DNA of 64,000 nucleotides from Propionibacteriaceae bacterium (GTDB lineage Bacteria; Actinomycetota; Actinomycetes; Propionibacteriales; Propionibacteriaceae): NCBI GenBank assembly GCA_030532825.1, contig JAUNKK010000006.1, positions 6,938 to 70,937 of the forward strand, read 5' to 3'. Shown piece by piece: positions 19,471 to 28,108 of this stretch (position 1 is its first letter; each line of letters starts with the position of its first letter). The notes under the pieces were generated by a model. It saw only the letters and a program-made list of their open reading frames with translations, ran no database searches and was not told where the DNA came from. The position numbers and the translations under genes were made by a program.

Positions 19471-20490
19471 TTAGCTGGACTCCCGGACGACAAGGGTCGG
19501 CTGGTGCTCCACGTGCTGGTGTCCGCCGCCTGCGATCTCGGCCAGCAGCAGTTGCGCAGCTGCCCGGCCGAGTTCGCGGCGCGGCTGCGCCACCGACGAC
19601 AGGGGGACGGCGGCCGCGGCGGCGAAGTCGATGTCGTCGTAGCCCACGATCGCGACATCCTCCGGCACCCGCAGCCCCCGCGCCAGGAGGCCCTGCAGCA
19701 ACCCGATGGCCAGCATGTCGTTGGCGCAAAACGCGGCGGTGGGGCGATCCCAGCGCTCGAACTGGTCCGCGGCCTGGCGTCCCGAGGCGAAGTCCAGGGC
19801 GTCGACGGTGAGCGTGCGCAGCGTCCCCCCGCCGTCGGCCACGGCCCGCCGGAATCCGGCGAGCCGGTCGCGGACCTGGGCTAGGCCCATCGACCCACCG
19901 ATGAAGGCCAGCGACCGATGGCCACGTTCGATCAGGTGCCGACCCGCCAGGTCGCCGCCGGCCACATCGTCGACCCCGACCGTCGAGTAGGTCTCCGAGT
20001 CTGCCCGGTCCACCAGCACCACGGGGATCCCGGCAGCGCCAAGCAGCGCTGCCTCCGGTGGCAGCGCCCGGATCGGCCCCAGGATCACACCCGCGACCCG
20101 CTGGTCGCGGAAGGAACGGAGTACCGCGGCTTCCCGCTCCGGCCGGTTGTCGGCGTCGCCGATGATGGCGTTCAGGCCCTCGACTTCGAGGTGGTGCTGG
20201 GCCCCGCGCAGCAGGTCCGCGAAGAACGGGTTCACGACGTCCATGACCGCCAGGCCGACGGTGGTGCTGCGGCCCGCCCGCAGTTCCTTGGCGTGCAGGT
20301 TGGGCACCCAACCCAGCTCTTTGATGGCTTCCTCCACACGCCGACGGGTCTCGGGCAGCACCCGATCGGGATTGTTAACCACATTCGACACGGTACCCAG
20401 CGACACGCGAGCCAACTCCGCCACCTCGCGCATGCTGAGCTTGTCGCGTCTCACTGGCCCCCCTTCGATCGTCGTTCTCGAACGCCGCAT
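19471..20490 (-). CDS. LacI-family transcriptional regulator
   Basis: N-terminal HTH 'MREVAELARVSLGTVSNVVNNP' followed by a periplasmic-binding-protein-like sugar-binding domain. Convergent with the FGGY kinase. Confidence 0.9.
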   Translation of the reverse strand: MRRSRTTIEGGPVRRDKLSMREVAELARVSLGTVSNVVNNPDRVLPETRRRVEEAIKELGWVPNLHAKELRAGRSTTVGLAVMDVVNPFFADLLRGAQHHLEVEGLNAIIGDADNRPEREAAVLRSFRDQRVAGVILGPIRALPPEAALLGAAGIPVVLVDRADSETYSTVGVDDVAGGDLAGRHLIERGHRSLAFIGGSMGLAQVRDRLAGFRRAVADGGGTLRTLTVDALDFASGRQAADQFERWDRPTAAFCANDMLAIGLLQGLLARGLRVPEDVAIVGYDDIDFAAAAAVPLSSVAQPRRELGRAAAQLLLAEIAGGGHQHVEHQPTLVVRESS

Positions 20491-20565
20491 ACTCTACGCC
20501 GAGGTGGGGTTCAGGAGAGTCAGGTGGCTAGGCTGGAGCCATCCGTCCGACACCGAGGGAACGCC

Positions 20566-21537
20566 ATGGAACGCAACACCGAACTGTTGCTTCGTGTCGC
20601 GCGCATGTACTACGTCCAGTCCGAGACGATGGACGCCATCGCCCACCAGCTGGGGGTGTCCCGCTCCACGGTGTCGCGGCTGCTCAAAGAAGCCAAGGAA
20701 CGCGGCCTCGTGCGCGTCACCATCGCCGACCCCAACCGTCCCACGAGCCGCATCGCGGAGATCTTCCGCAAGAACTTCCGCGTCCAGGCCCACCTGGTGA
20801 ACGTGCGGCCGGGTTCCAGCGCCATGCTGCGGCTGGAGCAGGTCGCCAAAGTGGCCGCGCGCCTGCTGGACGAGACCGTCACCAACGACGACGTGGTGGG
20901 GGTCGCGTGGGGCATCACGGTGTCGGCGGTGGCGCAGCAGCTGCGGCCGCGGGACCTCAGTGGGGTCACCGTCGTCGGCCTCAACGGTGGCGCCAACCAT
21001 CGCACGACGGGGCTGCCATACGTGGGCTCGATCCTGCAGCGCTTCGCCGCCGCTTTTCACGGCGAGGATCAGCTGCTGGCACTTCCCGCGTTCTTCGACA
21101 ACCCAGAAACCCGCAAGGCCATGTGGGCTGAACGCTCCACCCGGCACATGCTGGCGGTACGGGCTAGCTGCACGAAGGCCGTGTTCGGGGTGGGGGGACT
21201 GGGAGCCGATCTCCAGTCGCACGTGTATTCCGCCAACTACCTCGACGAGACCGATTTCGCCCAGTTGCGGGCTACTGGCGTCGTCGGGGATGTGTGCACC
21301 GTCATGATGCGCGCCGACGGCTCGTGGCGTGACATCCCCCTCAATGACCGCGCCACCGGCATGACGCCCGCGGAGTTGCGCACCATCCCTCGTCGCATCT
21401 GCGTGGTCAGCGGGGTCGGCAAGGCAGTGCCGGTATTGGCGGCGCTGCGCGCGGGGGTGGCAACGGACCTGGTCATCGACGACGAGACTGCTCGCGCGGT
21501 GCTGCTGGAGATGCGCCCGGGGCTGCGCCTGGACTGA
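20566..21537 (+). CDS. SorC/DeoR-family sugar-binding transcriptional regulator
   Basis: Start at 'MERNTELLLRVARMYYVQSETMDAIAHQLGVSRSTVSRLLKEA' (SorC N-terminal HTH) followed by a sugar-binding domain. The upstream 216 codons of the track ORF are antisense to the LacI gene and were rejected. Confidence 0.8.
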   Translation: MERNTELLLRVARMYYVQSETMDAIAHQLGVSRSTVSRLLKEAKERGLVRVTIADPNRPTSRIAEIFRKNFRVQAHLVNVRPGSSAMLRLEQVAKVAARLLDETVTNDDVVGVAWGITVSAVAQQLRPRDLSGVTVVGLNGGANHRTTGLPYVGSILQRFAAAFHGEDQLLALPAFFDNPETRKAMWAERSTRHMLAVRASCTKAVFGVGGLGADLQSHVYSANYLDETDFAQLRATGVVGDVCTVMMRADGSWRDIPLNDRATGMTPAELRTIPRRICVVSGVGKAVPVLAALRAGVATDLVIDDETARAVLLEMRPGLRLD

Positions 21538-21641
21538 CTCGTCCTGCCACCTCCCGCCGATGGTCCCGGGCTCGCCGGTCGCCCCCGGATTTTCAGCAAA
21601 GCGCCTCATGGGAAGGCCGCAAAGCACATAGGCTTGGCGCC

Positions 21642-22559
21642 ATGACTGATCTGATCGTCACCTCTGTCATCGACGGCGAAGCCACACTCACCCTCAATCG
21701 CCCCAGTGCCATCAATTCCCTGAACCTTGAGATGCTCACCAAGGCCACCGAGATCCTCGACGCCTGGGCGCACGACGACGCCATCCGCGAGGTGGTGTTA
21801 CGTGGTGACGGACCCCGGGGCTTCTCGGCCGGCGCGGATGTCCGCGAGCTGTCCCAGATCGTCCAGGACGGCGGCCCGTGGCTGCGTTTCCTCGAAACGG
21901 AGTACCTGCTGGACCTCATGGTCGCGCAGTATCCGAAGCGCATCACCGCGTATTTGACGGGTATCACGATGGGCGGTGGCCTCGGCCTGACCGTCGGCGC
22001 GGACCGGCGCATCGTGGACTCGACGTCGCTTTTAGCCATGCCGGAAACCAAGATCGGGTTCTTCCCCGACGCGGGCGTCATGCACTGGCTGTCGCGCGCG
22101 GGGGCGTTGGGAACGCACCTGACGATGACCGCGGGCACCATTGGCGGCGGCGACGCGATCGCCATCGGCTTGGCCGACGAGTCGGCCGACGGTGAGTTGC
22201 CCGCCCCGCTGTCGGCAGCACCCTGGGTACAGGAGTGTTATGTGGGCGACGACGCCGTGGAGATCGTGCACCGGCTAGAGGAGCATCCTGATCCGGCCGC
22301 GCAGCAGGCGGGCCGCGAGATCCGGGCGCGCTCCCCATTCGCCGTCCTCGTGGCACTGCGGGCCGTGCGTCGCGCCGCCAGCCTGGACCTGAACGGCGTG
22401 CTGCACCAGGACCTGCGGCTGGCGGATCGCATGATCCCCGTCGACTTTGTGGAGGGCGTGCGGGCCCTGCTGGTGGATAAGGACAACCAGCCGGCCTGGC
22501 GCTACGCGCGCCTGGAGGACGTCCCGGCCGACGTGGTCGACGACGTCTTCTCCTATTAG
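21642..22559 (+). CDS. Enoyl-CoA hydratase/isomerase superfamily (3-hydroxyisobutyryl-CoA hydrolase-like)
   Basis: Crotonase fold motifs 'RGDGPRGFSAGADVREL' and 'GITMGGGLGLTVGADRRIV...PETKIGFFPDAG'. Confidence 0.8.
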   Translation: MTDLIVTSVIDGEATLTLNRPSAINSLNLEMLTKATEILDAWAHDDAIREVVLRGDGPRGFSAGADVRELSQIVQDGGPWLRFLETEYLLDLMVAQYPKRITAYLTGITMGGGLGLTVGADRRIVDSTSLLAMPETKIGFFPDAGVMHWLSRAGALGTHLTMTAGTIGGGDAIAIGLADESADGELPAPLSAAPWVQECYVGDDAVEIVHRLEEHPDPAAQQAGREIRARSPFAVLVALRAVRRAASLDLNGVLHQDLRLADRMIPVDFVEGVRALLVDKDNQPAWRYARLEDVPADVVDDVFSY

Positions 22560-22573
22560 CGGCTCGCGCCGGT

Positions 22574-22629
22574 GACCCACCGCCGCCTGCGTTCACCGAT
22601 CGTCGCGACTGAACGCAGGTCGGTGGGTT
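22574..22629 (+). terminator. Extended hairpin (CCTGCGTTCA...TGAACGCAGG with flanking GACCCACCG/CGGTGGGTT) after the hydratase gene, at the boundary of the low-GC islet
   Basis: 10-bp perfect inverted repeat at 22586-22595 and 22610-22619 with a 14-nt loop. Additional flanking complementarity extends the stem. Confidence 0.35.
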
Positions 22630-22729
22630 GCGTGCTCATGACGCACCAGCCACCGGTTTCGGCGCAGGCACAACCTCGCCACAGGAGGGCTGCCAAGCCT
22701 GCTAGGTACGCTATAGGCAAAGGGGCGAG

Positions 22730-23101
22730 ATGAGAGAAGGACAAGCGATGCCCGATGTCGAATTCACTCATGGCGCGGTTCAGGCGAACGCGGATATGGA
22801 CCGAGTGGATGCCCTAGTCCTTGAGGCGTGCGCCAAGGCAGTCGCGGGCGAGTTGAGTGAAACAAAGGTGGCTGAAGCGCTACCCGCTGGCGATAACACG
22901 GGGGTCGAAGCTTTGCAGCGTGCCATGACCAATTTCACACGTATGGTCGAAGTGCTGCTCTTCGAACTCGCAAAACGCGCCGACACTTTAGGTTCAAATC
23001 AGGACGCGGTCAGGCACGATATGGCCAGCGTAGAGGACCAGCTGGGTGCTTCATTCGCGGGGTACCACGCACGCTTAGGAGCCGACCATGACCTCCGGTG
23101 A
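22730..23101 (+). CDS. Small all-helical protein of unknown function, translationally coupled to the downstream WXG100-domain gene (targeting/chaperone-like partner candidate)
   Basis: 117-123 aa (alternative ATG at 22748), acidic, no Trp, predicted helical. The stop overlaps the next start by 14 nt. GC is ~55%. Confidence 0.5.
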   Translation: MREGQAMPDVEFTHGAVQANADMDRVDALVLEACAKAVAGELSETKVAEALPAGDNTGVEALQRAMTNFTRMVEVLLFELAKRADTLGSNQDAVRHDMASVEDQLGASFAGYHARLGADHDLR

Positions 23102-24464
23102 GATAGCACTTCCTTTGCCACCTGATACCCGATCAGCTGCGGAGTGGGCCGCCGAGCAATTGACCACGCTGGCTGAAGTGACAGGCGAGACGCGTTTCGC
23201 ACAGACACAGGGCGTTCACGTTACGGGCTGGGCAGGGGCTTCCGCGGACGCTTATCACAGTTCTAGCGCAGAGCTCGGCGCATGCGTAACTCTTACTAGC
23301 GAGGCTCTACATCAGGCCTCTGGTGCGTTGAGCACCTGGCGAGAGCATCTGTACAAGGTCATCCTTATTGTGCCCGAACTACAGGAACGTTACGACCAAG
23401 CGGAAGCAGCATATCGGGCTGGTATCCAGCAACTGGAACAGATCGTGGGGCAGGCGGCGGCGAGCGCCCAAACCATCGCTCCTGACGCGATCCAGAACCA
23501 GGCAAACGCGCTGCTTGCCCAACGTAACCAAGCCCAGGCTGAGGTGTTGGCGGACTACGAGCGTGCGATGACGGCGCTGGATGACGCCGCCCATGAGGCG
23601 GCGACAGAGATCAAGGCTGCCGGCCACCACATGACACAGAACATCACGGCGGCCGCTCTTCTCCTCAATGCTGGTGGCGCCCCCTTGCCAGGTAAGTGGG
23701 AAGACGAGGATGCCCGCAGGGGTAGATTCGGCCCTGATCAGTCGCCAGCACCATCCCCCGCCGACGGGGCTGAAGTCGGCTTGGGAGAGCCGGTGCCGGG
23801 TACGGAGGCCCCCATCCCCCGGCCAAAGCCCTGGGTCTATCCAGGTGACACCGAGAATGAAGGCTCCGGCACCCACAACCACCGTGACAGTACGATCATG
23901 GATCACGCAGTGCACGAGGCGGCCACGATAGGAGCGGGAATGCTCAGTAATCTTTGGCCCGATGCCTCACACAACCTGAAACACTATCTCGGCAACACCG
24001 GTCACCCGCTGGACGTCGATGTCGACGGCATGCTGCAGGATGTCCCGGGCATGAAAAGAGGAGCGGATAAATCTGTAGAGGCACAAGCTCAAGCAGCAAT
24101 TGCTAAGGCCAAAGAAGCTGGATTTTCCGGTCCAGTCACCTACCCTTTCACGACTGCCTGGGAGGATTATTACGTCAATAAGTCAGAAAGCGAGAATTGG
24201 TATTATGCCACCGGCGGCTGCCAATATGCTACGGCCGGCACAGTGACGGTGTATCCGCCGTCCTCACCCGACGGGGAGTGGACCTACGACTACGATTACC
24301 AGACGCATATGGCGGATCGGTACAACTGGGATGGTCAAAAGTCCACGCAGATTGGCCCCTTGACGATCACGGACAAGCAACTGCAGGAGCTGCATAAGGC
24401 GGGGATCGCCCAAGAGTACGACCTGAGGGGCGAATCCTCGGTTCAGCATGGGAGCGGCCCGTAA
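23088..24464 (+). CDS. WXG100 (ESAT-6-like) N-domain protein with Pro/Gly linker and ~200-aa C-terminal domain of unknown function (T7SS polymorphic-toxin-like effector candidate)
   Basis: 'HVTGWAGASADAYHSSS' (W48-A-G50) aligns with ESAT-6 'AAWGGSGSEAYQGVQ', and a helical hairpin context spans aa 1-125. A Pro/Gly-rich linker spans aa 200-255. The C-terminal domain contains 'DVDVDG' (24012-24029), Cys378 and His406. There is no Sec signal. The gene is low-GC. Confidence 0.6.
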   Translation: MTSGEIALPLPPDTRSAAEWAAEQLTTLAEVTGETRFAQTQGVHVTGWAGASADAYHSSSAELGACVTLTSEALHQASGALSTWREHLYKVILIVPELQERYDQAEAAYRAGIQQLEQIVGQAAASAQTIAPDAIQNQANALLAQRNQAQAEVLADYERAMTALDDAAHEAATEIKAAGHHMTQNITAAALLLNAGGAPLPGKWEDEDARRGRFGPDQSPAPSPADGAEVGLGEPVPGTEAPIPRPKPWVYPGDTENEGSGTHNHRDSTIMDHAVHEAATIGAGMLSNLWPDASHNLKHYLGNTGHPLDVDVDGMLQDVPGMKRGADKSVEAQAQAAIAKAKEAGFSGPVTYPFTTAWEDYYVNKSESENWYYATGGCQYATAGTVTVYPPSSPDGEWTYDYDYQTHMADRYNWDGQKSTQIGPLTITDKQLQELHKAGIAQEYDLRGESSVQHGSGP

Positions 24465-24985
24465 TGCGTCGACGACCAGCCTGGCTCGCCGCGCTGCTGC
24501 TGGGCTTCCTGATTCTCTTAGGAAGCTCCTGCGGCCTTCACATCCCGCCTACACCAAACCCATCCCCGGAAACGAGCAGCATGTCCATACACCAAGAAGG
24601 CGCCCCCCACCCCGCCGACCTCAACCACCTCACCGACATCCTCGCCATAGCCCAAGCACAACTACCCCAACAAGCCACCAACATCACCGTCACCCCCGCC
24701 ACCAAATTCGCCGAAAGATACCCCGGAGGCTGGGGCTACGTCATCGCATTCACCACCCCACCCGACCAACTCCGCACCTACGTCGACGAACACACCAGTC
24801 TTCCAGGAAACATCCTCGAAGAATACAATTCCTACCCACCAGATCTGCTCGGGGAAGACATCGCACTACTAGAGCCAGAGAATCCAGTGGTTTTCGCTCT
24901 GAGCACTCCTCCCGCCAACGCAAAGCTGATCCTTGAGCGCCCCCTTGGGCGCGGCTGGCTCCTCATCCGCGGCGCCCCCCGCTGA
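24464..24985 (+). CDS. Lipoprotein, paralog 1 (immunity-protein candidate)
   Basis: Signal peptide plus Cys ('LLGSSCGLH'). Pro-rich tether 'IPPTPNPSPETSS'. Conserved core 'APHPADLNHLTDILAIAQAQLPQQATNITVTPATKFAERYPGGWGYVIAFTTPP', C-terminal 'LGRGWLLIRGAPR'. The start overlaps the upstream stop (ATGA-type). Confidence 0.6.
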   Translation: MRRRPAWLAALLLGFLILLGSSCGLHIPPTPNPSPETSSMSIHQEGAPHPADLNHLTDILAIAQAQLPQQATNITVTPATKFAERYPGGWGYVIAFTTPPDQLRTYVDEHTSLPGNILEEYNSYPPDLLGEDIALLEPENPVVFALSTPPANAKLILERPLGRGWLLIRGAPR

Positions 24986-25035
24986 CAACAGAAGACCCCC
25001 TGAGCCGAATTCAGCCATCGACAGCCGGAGCAGCC

Positions 25036-25554
25036 ATGAACCATCCTCCACCCAGCAGGCTACCCATGCTACTCATTGGACTCCTCACCCTAAGCTCCTG
25101 CGGCCCTCACACCCCGCCTACACCAACCCCACCCCCGGAAACAACCAGCATGTCCACACACCAAGAAGGCGCCCCCCACCCCGCCGACCTCAACCACCTC
25201 ACCGACATCCTCGCCATAGCCCAAGCACAACTACCCCAACAAGCCACCAACATCACCGTCACCCCCGCCACCAAATTCGCCGAAAGATACCCCGGAGGCT
25301 GGGGCTACGTCATCGCATTCACCACCCCACCCAACCAACTCCGCACCTACGTCGACAAACACACCATCGCAAGCGGAAACCTCCTCGAAGAATACGACTC
25401 CTCTAGCCGCAATCTAAGTAATGACAGTACCGACTTAGCGGACATCCAGAATCCAGTTCTTTTGGCACTAAGCACTCCTCCCGCCAACGCAGAATTAATC
25501 CTTGAGCGTCCCCTCGGGCGCGGCTGGCTCCTCATCCGCGGCGCCCCCCGCTGA
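25036..25554 (+). CDS. Lipoprotein, paralog 2 (immunity-protein candidate), tandem duplicate of the upstream gene
   Basis: Lipobox 'LTLSSC'. The core is near-identical to paralog 1 at both protein and DNA level. Residues ~105-150 diverge ('SLPGNILEEYNSYPPDLLGEDIALLEPE' vs 'IASGNLLEEYDSSSRNLSNDSTDLADIQ'). Confidence 0.6.
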   Translation: MNHPPPSRLPMLLIGLLTLSSCGPHTPPTPTPPPETTSMSTHQEGAPHPADLNHLTDILAIAQAQLPQQATNITVTPATKFAERYPGGWGYVIAFTTPPNQLRTYVDKHTIASGNLLEEYDSSSRNLSNDSTDLADIQNPVLLALSTPPANAELILERPLGRGWLLIRGAPR

Positions 25555-25645
25555 CACGGGAGGCGTTAGTTAAGCTCAGCGATCACACTGCACAGTGCAC
25601 CCCTTCACGGGCACCATCGCTGGCCTCATCATCTAGGCTCGGACT

Positions 25646-27763
25646 ATGAGTTCAACGCAGCCGCAACATCCTGCTCTTCCCGCCCGCGACGGCTCTGCCG
25701 ACCCCTGGGCTTGGCTGGAGGACGTCACCGGCACGGACGCCCTGGCGTGGGTGAAGGAGCGCAATGCACGCGCCGAGGCCGAGTTGGACGCCGACGGGGA
25801 CGTGACGGAACTAGCGGCGGAGTTGAAGGCGATCCTTGATTCGCCGGGCAGCATCCCGGGCGTCGTCAAACGGGGCGAGCACCTCTACAACTTTTGGACT
25901 GACGCGGAGCATCCGCGAGGCTTGTGGCGGCGCACGTCGTTGGAGTCCTACCGCACTGCTGAGCCCGACTGGGAGGTGCTGATTGACGTCGATGCCTTGA
26001 ACGCCGCCGAGCAGCAGGACTGGGTGTGGCATGGGGCGACGGTGCTGCGGCCATCCGAGGGCCAACCGTGGCGTCACGCGCTGATCGCGCTATCCCATGG
26101 CGGCTCGGATGCGGACGTGACCCGCGAGTTCGACCTAGTCACACGCCAGTTCGTCGCGCTGACTGACGGGGGTTTCGAGCGTCCCGAGGCGAAGGGTGCG
26201 CTCAGCTGGATCGACCGCGACACCGTGTTCCTGACCACCGACCTCGGGCCCGATTCGGTGAGCACCTCTGGGTATCCGCTGCAGGTGCGACGGTGGCGGC
26301 GCGGCACCCCCATGGCGGATGCGGAATTGCTGTACCAGGCCGAGCCGACAGACACGCTGGTCGGCGCGGGGCGCGACCACACCCCAGGTTTCGTACGCGA
26401 CTGGATCTCGCGACTCATCGACTTCTTCGACAGCCAGCTGCTGCTACTCGGCGACGACGACTCGCTCATCCCCGTCGATGTGCCCCTCGACTGCCAGGCC
26501 GACCCTCACCGCGACCTGTTGCTGCTCACGCCCCGCACCGACTGGGCGGTCGACGGGATGGTGGTTCCCGCCGGGGCCCTCGCCGTAGCGCCACTGGCTG
26601 GTTTCTTGCCCGGTTGGGAAGGCGACGGACCGCGCGTCACGGTGCTGTTCGCCCCGACCGACACCGTGTCGCTGTCTGACTACTTCGCGACGGTGAACTT
26701 CATCGTCGTCACCGGCCAGGAACATGTCCGCCACTTTCTGGAGGTGTATTGGCAGGCCGATGGGGTGTGGCAGTCGCGCCGGATCTACGAGGACCTACCG
26801 GGTTCGCTCGACGGGGCGGCGGTGGATCACACCGTCAGTGACGAGATCTGGATCTCGGCGACGGGGTTCCTGCAGCCGACGACGCTATACCTGGGGGACT
26901 TGGCACCCATCCTGACCGGCAAAGACCCGGCGGATCTCGTCGCAATGAAGGCGGAGCCGTCGCACTTCGACGCCACAGGCCTTCAGGTGACGCAACACTT
27001 CGCCATCAGCACCGATGGAACGCGCGTGCCGTACTTCCAGGTGTCGCGGGCGGATCTGCCCGAGGCGGAGGACAATCCGACGCTGCTGTACGGCTACGGC
27101 GGCTTCGAGATCTCCTTGGCTCCGGACTACAGCCCACTGGTCGGAAAGGCGTGGCTGGAACGCGGCGGCACCTACGTCGTCGCGAACATTCGTGGGGGCG
27201 GAGAGTACGGGCCAGGCTGGCATCAGGCGGCGCTGAAGGAGAACCGGCACCGCGCCTACGAGGACTTCCAGGCGGTGGCAGAGGACCTGCTGTCGCGGGG
27301 CGTCACCACCCGGGAACGCCTGGCGTGTCGGGGCGGATCAAACGGGGGGCTGCTGATTGGCAACATGCTGGTGCGCTGCCCGGGGCTCTTCGGCGCCGTC
27401 GTGATCCAGGTGCCGCTGCTGGACATGCGTCGCTACACGCAGTTGCTGGCGGGAGCGTCCTGGATCGCGGAATACGGCGATCCAGCAACCGAGGATTGGG
27501 AGTTCATTCGCGGCTTCAGCCCCTATCACCTGCTCGACGAGACCGTCGACTACCCGGCGACGCTCGTGACCACCTCCACCCGCGACGACCGGGTCCACCC
27601 GGGACATGCCCGCAAGATGACGGCGGCGCTCGAAGGTCTTGGCGCGAACGTCCGCTACTGGGAGAACATTGAGGGCGGGCACGGCGGAGCGGCCGACAAC
27701 GCCCAGGCGGCGAAGATGAATGCGCTGATCTGGACGTTCCTGCACCAAACCATCGGGGGCTAG
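25646..27763 (+). CDS. Prolyl oligopeptidase (S9) family serine peptidase
   Basis: 705 aa with an N-terminal beta-propeller region. Catalytic serine motif 'GGSNGGLLIGNML' (GGSNGG), then downstream Asp and His ('DDRVHPGHARK'). Confidence 0.85.
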   Translation: MSSTQPQHPALPARDGSADPWAWLEDVTGTDALAWVKERNARAEAELDADGDVTELAAELKAILDSPGSIPGVVKRGEHLYNFWTDAEHPRGLWRRTSLESYRTAEPDWEVLIDVDALNAAEQQDWVWHGATVLRPSEGQPWRHALIALSHGGSDADVTREFDLVTRQFVALTDGGFERPEAKGALSWIDRDTVFLTTDLGPDSVSTSGYPLQVRRWRRGTPMADAELLYQAEPTDTLVGAGRDHTPGFVRDWISRLIDFFDSQLLLLGDDDSLIPVDVPLDCQADPHRDLLLLTPRTDWAVDGMVVPAGALAVAPLAGFLPGWEGDGPRVTVLFAPTDTVSLSDYFATVNFIVVTGQEHVRHFLEVYWQADGVWQSRRIYEDLPGSLDGAAVDHTVSDEIWISATGFLQPTTLYLGDLAPILTGKDPADLVAMKAEPSHFDATGLQVTQHFAISTDGTRVPYFQVSRADLPEAEDNPTLLYGYGGFEISLAPDYSPLVGKAWLERGGTYVVANIRGGGEYGPGWHQAALKENRHRAYEDFQAVAEDLLSRGVTTRERLACRGGSNGGLLIGNMLVRCPGLFGAVVIQVPLLDMRRYTQLLAGASWIAEYGDPATEDWEFIRGFSPYHLLDETVDYPATLVTTSTRDDRVHPGHARKMTAALEGLGANVRYWENIEGGHGGAADNAQAAKMNALIWTFLHQTIGG

Positions 27764-27799
27764 GGCGGAGACGGCATCGACTGATGCTGGTTGGCGCCC

Positions 27800-28108
27800 T
27801 CAAGCGGCGATCCCTAGCAGCCGCACCAGGGCCGCCGACGAGGCACCCAGCACCACCACCAGCAGGAACGGGGCCCGGAGCCGCAGCGCCACCCCCGCGA
27901 CGATGAGCGCCGCCACCCGCGCATCCACCATGACCTCGCGGCCGGTGGTGAACGTGGAGATCCCGATCAGGCCCGCCAGCACCCCGATGGTCATGCCAGC
28001 CATGGTGATGACCGTTCGCTCATCGTCGAGGAGACGACGAGGCACCAGCATGCCCGCCAGCTTCGTGGCGAGACAGGCCAGGCTGGCCAAGATCACCCAT
28101 CCCCACAT
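27800..28108 (-). CDS. azlD: AzlD-family branched-chain amino acid transport protein
   Basis: 102 aa with three TM helices. Immediately downstream of and overlapping azlC. Confidence 0.7.
   Translation of the reverse strand: MWGWVILASLACLATKLAGMLVPRRLLDDERTVITMAGMTIGVLAGLIGISTFTTGREVMVDARVAALIVAGVALRLRAPFLLVVVLGASSAALVRLLGIAA

Larger units (their letters stand above)
24464..25554 (+). repeat. Tandem direct duplication (~570-bp unit) comprising the two lipoprotein paralogs
   Basis: 24541-24790 and 25109-25358 are near-identical at the nucleotide level (a few substitutions in ~250 bp). The distal parts are diverged. Confidence 0.8.

Noticed and set aside
16605-19658. Long minus-strand ORFs antisense to gpsA and the FGGY kinase (16605-17516, 16958-17842+, 18501-19658-)
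   Set aside because: Antisense or off-frame within well-supported genes. The compositions are extreme (Arg/Gly/Pro), with no start-site signals.
19379-20565. ORF 19379-20311(-) overlapping lacI, and the first 216 codons of ORF 19918-21537(+)
   Set aside because: Both are frame artefacts over the LacI-family gene. The SorC regulator has a clean start at 20566 with an HTH immediately following.
20494-22596. Minus-strand ORFs 20494-21627, 21593-22165 and 22078-22596
   Set aside because: Antisense to the SorC regulator and enoyl-CoA hydratase genes. Highly basic and Pro-rich, with no motifs.
24448-25406. ORFs 24448-24936 and 24933-25406 (Pro/His/Arg-rich, 'HRHPRHQIRRKIPRRLG...') as alternative genes in the tandem repeat
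   Set aside because: They are off-frame readings of the duplicated lipoprotein genes. The lipoprotein frames have signal peptides, lipoboxes and ordinary composition.
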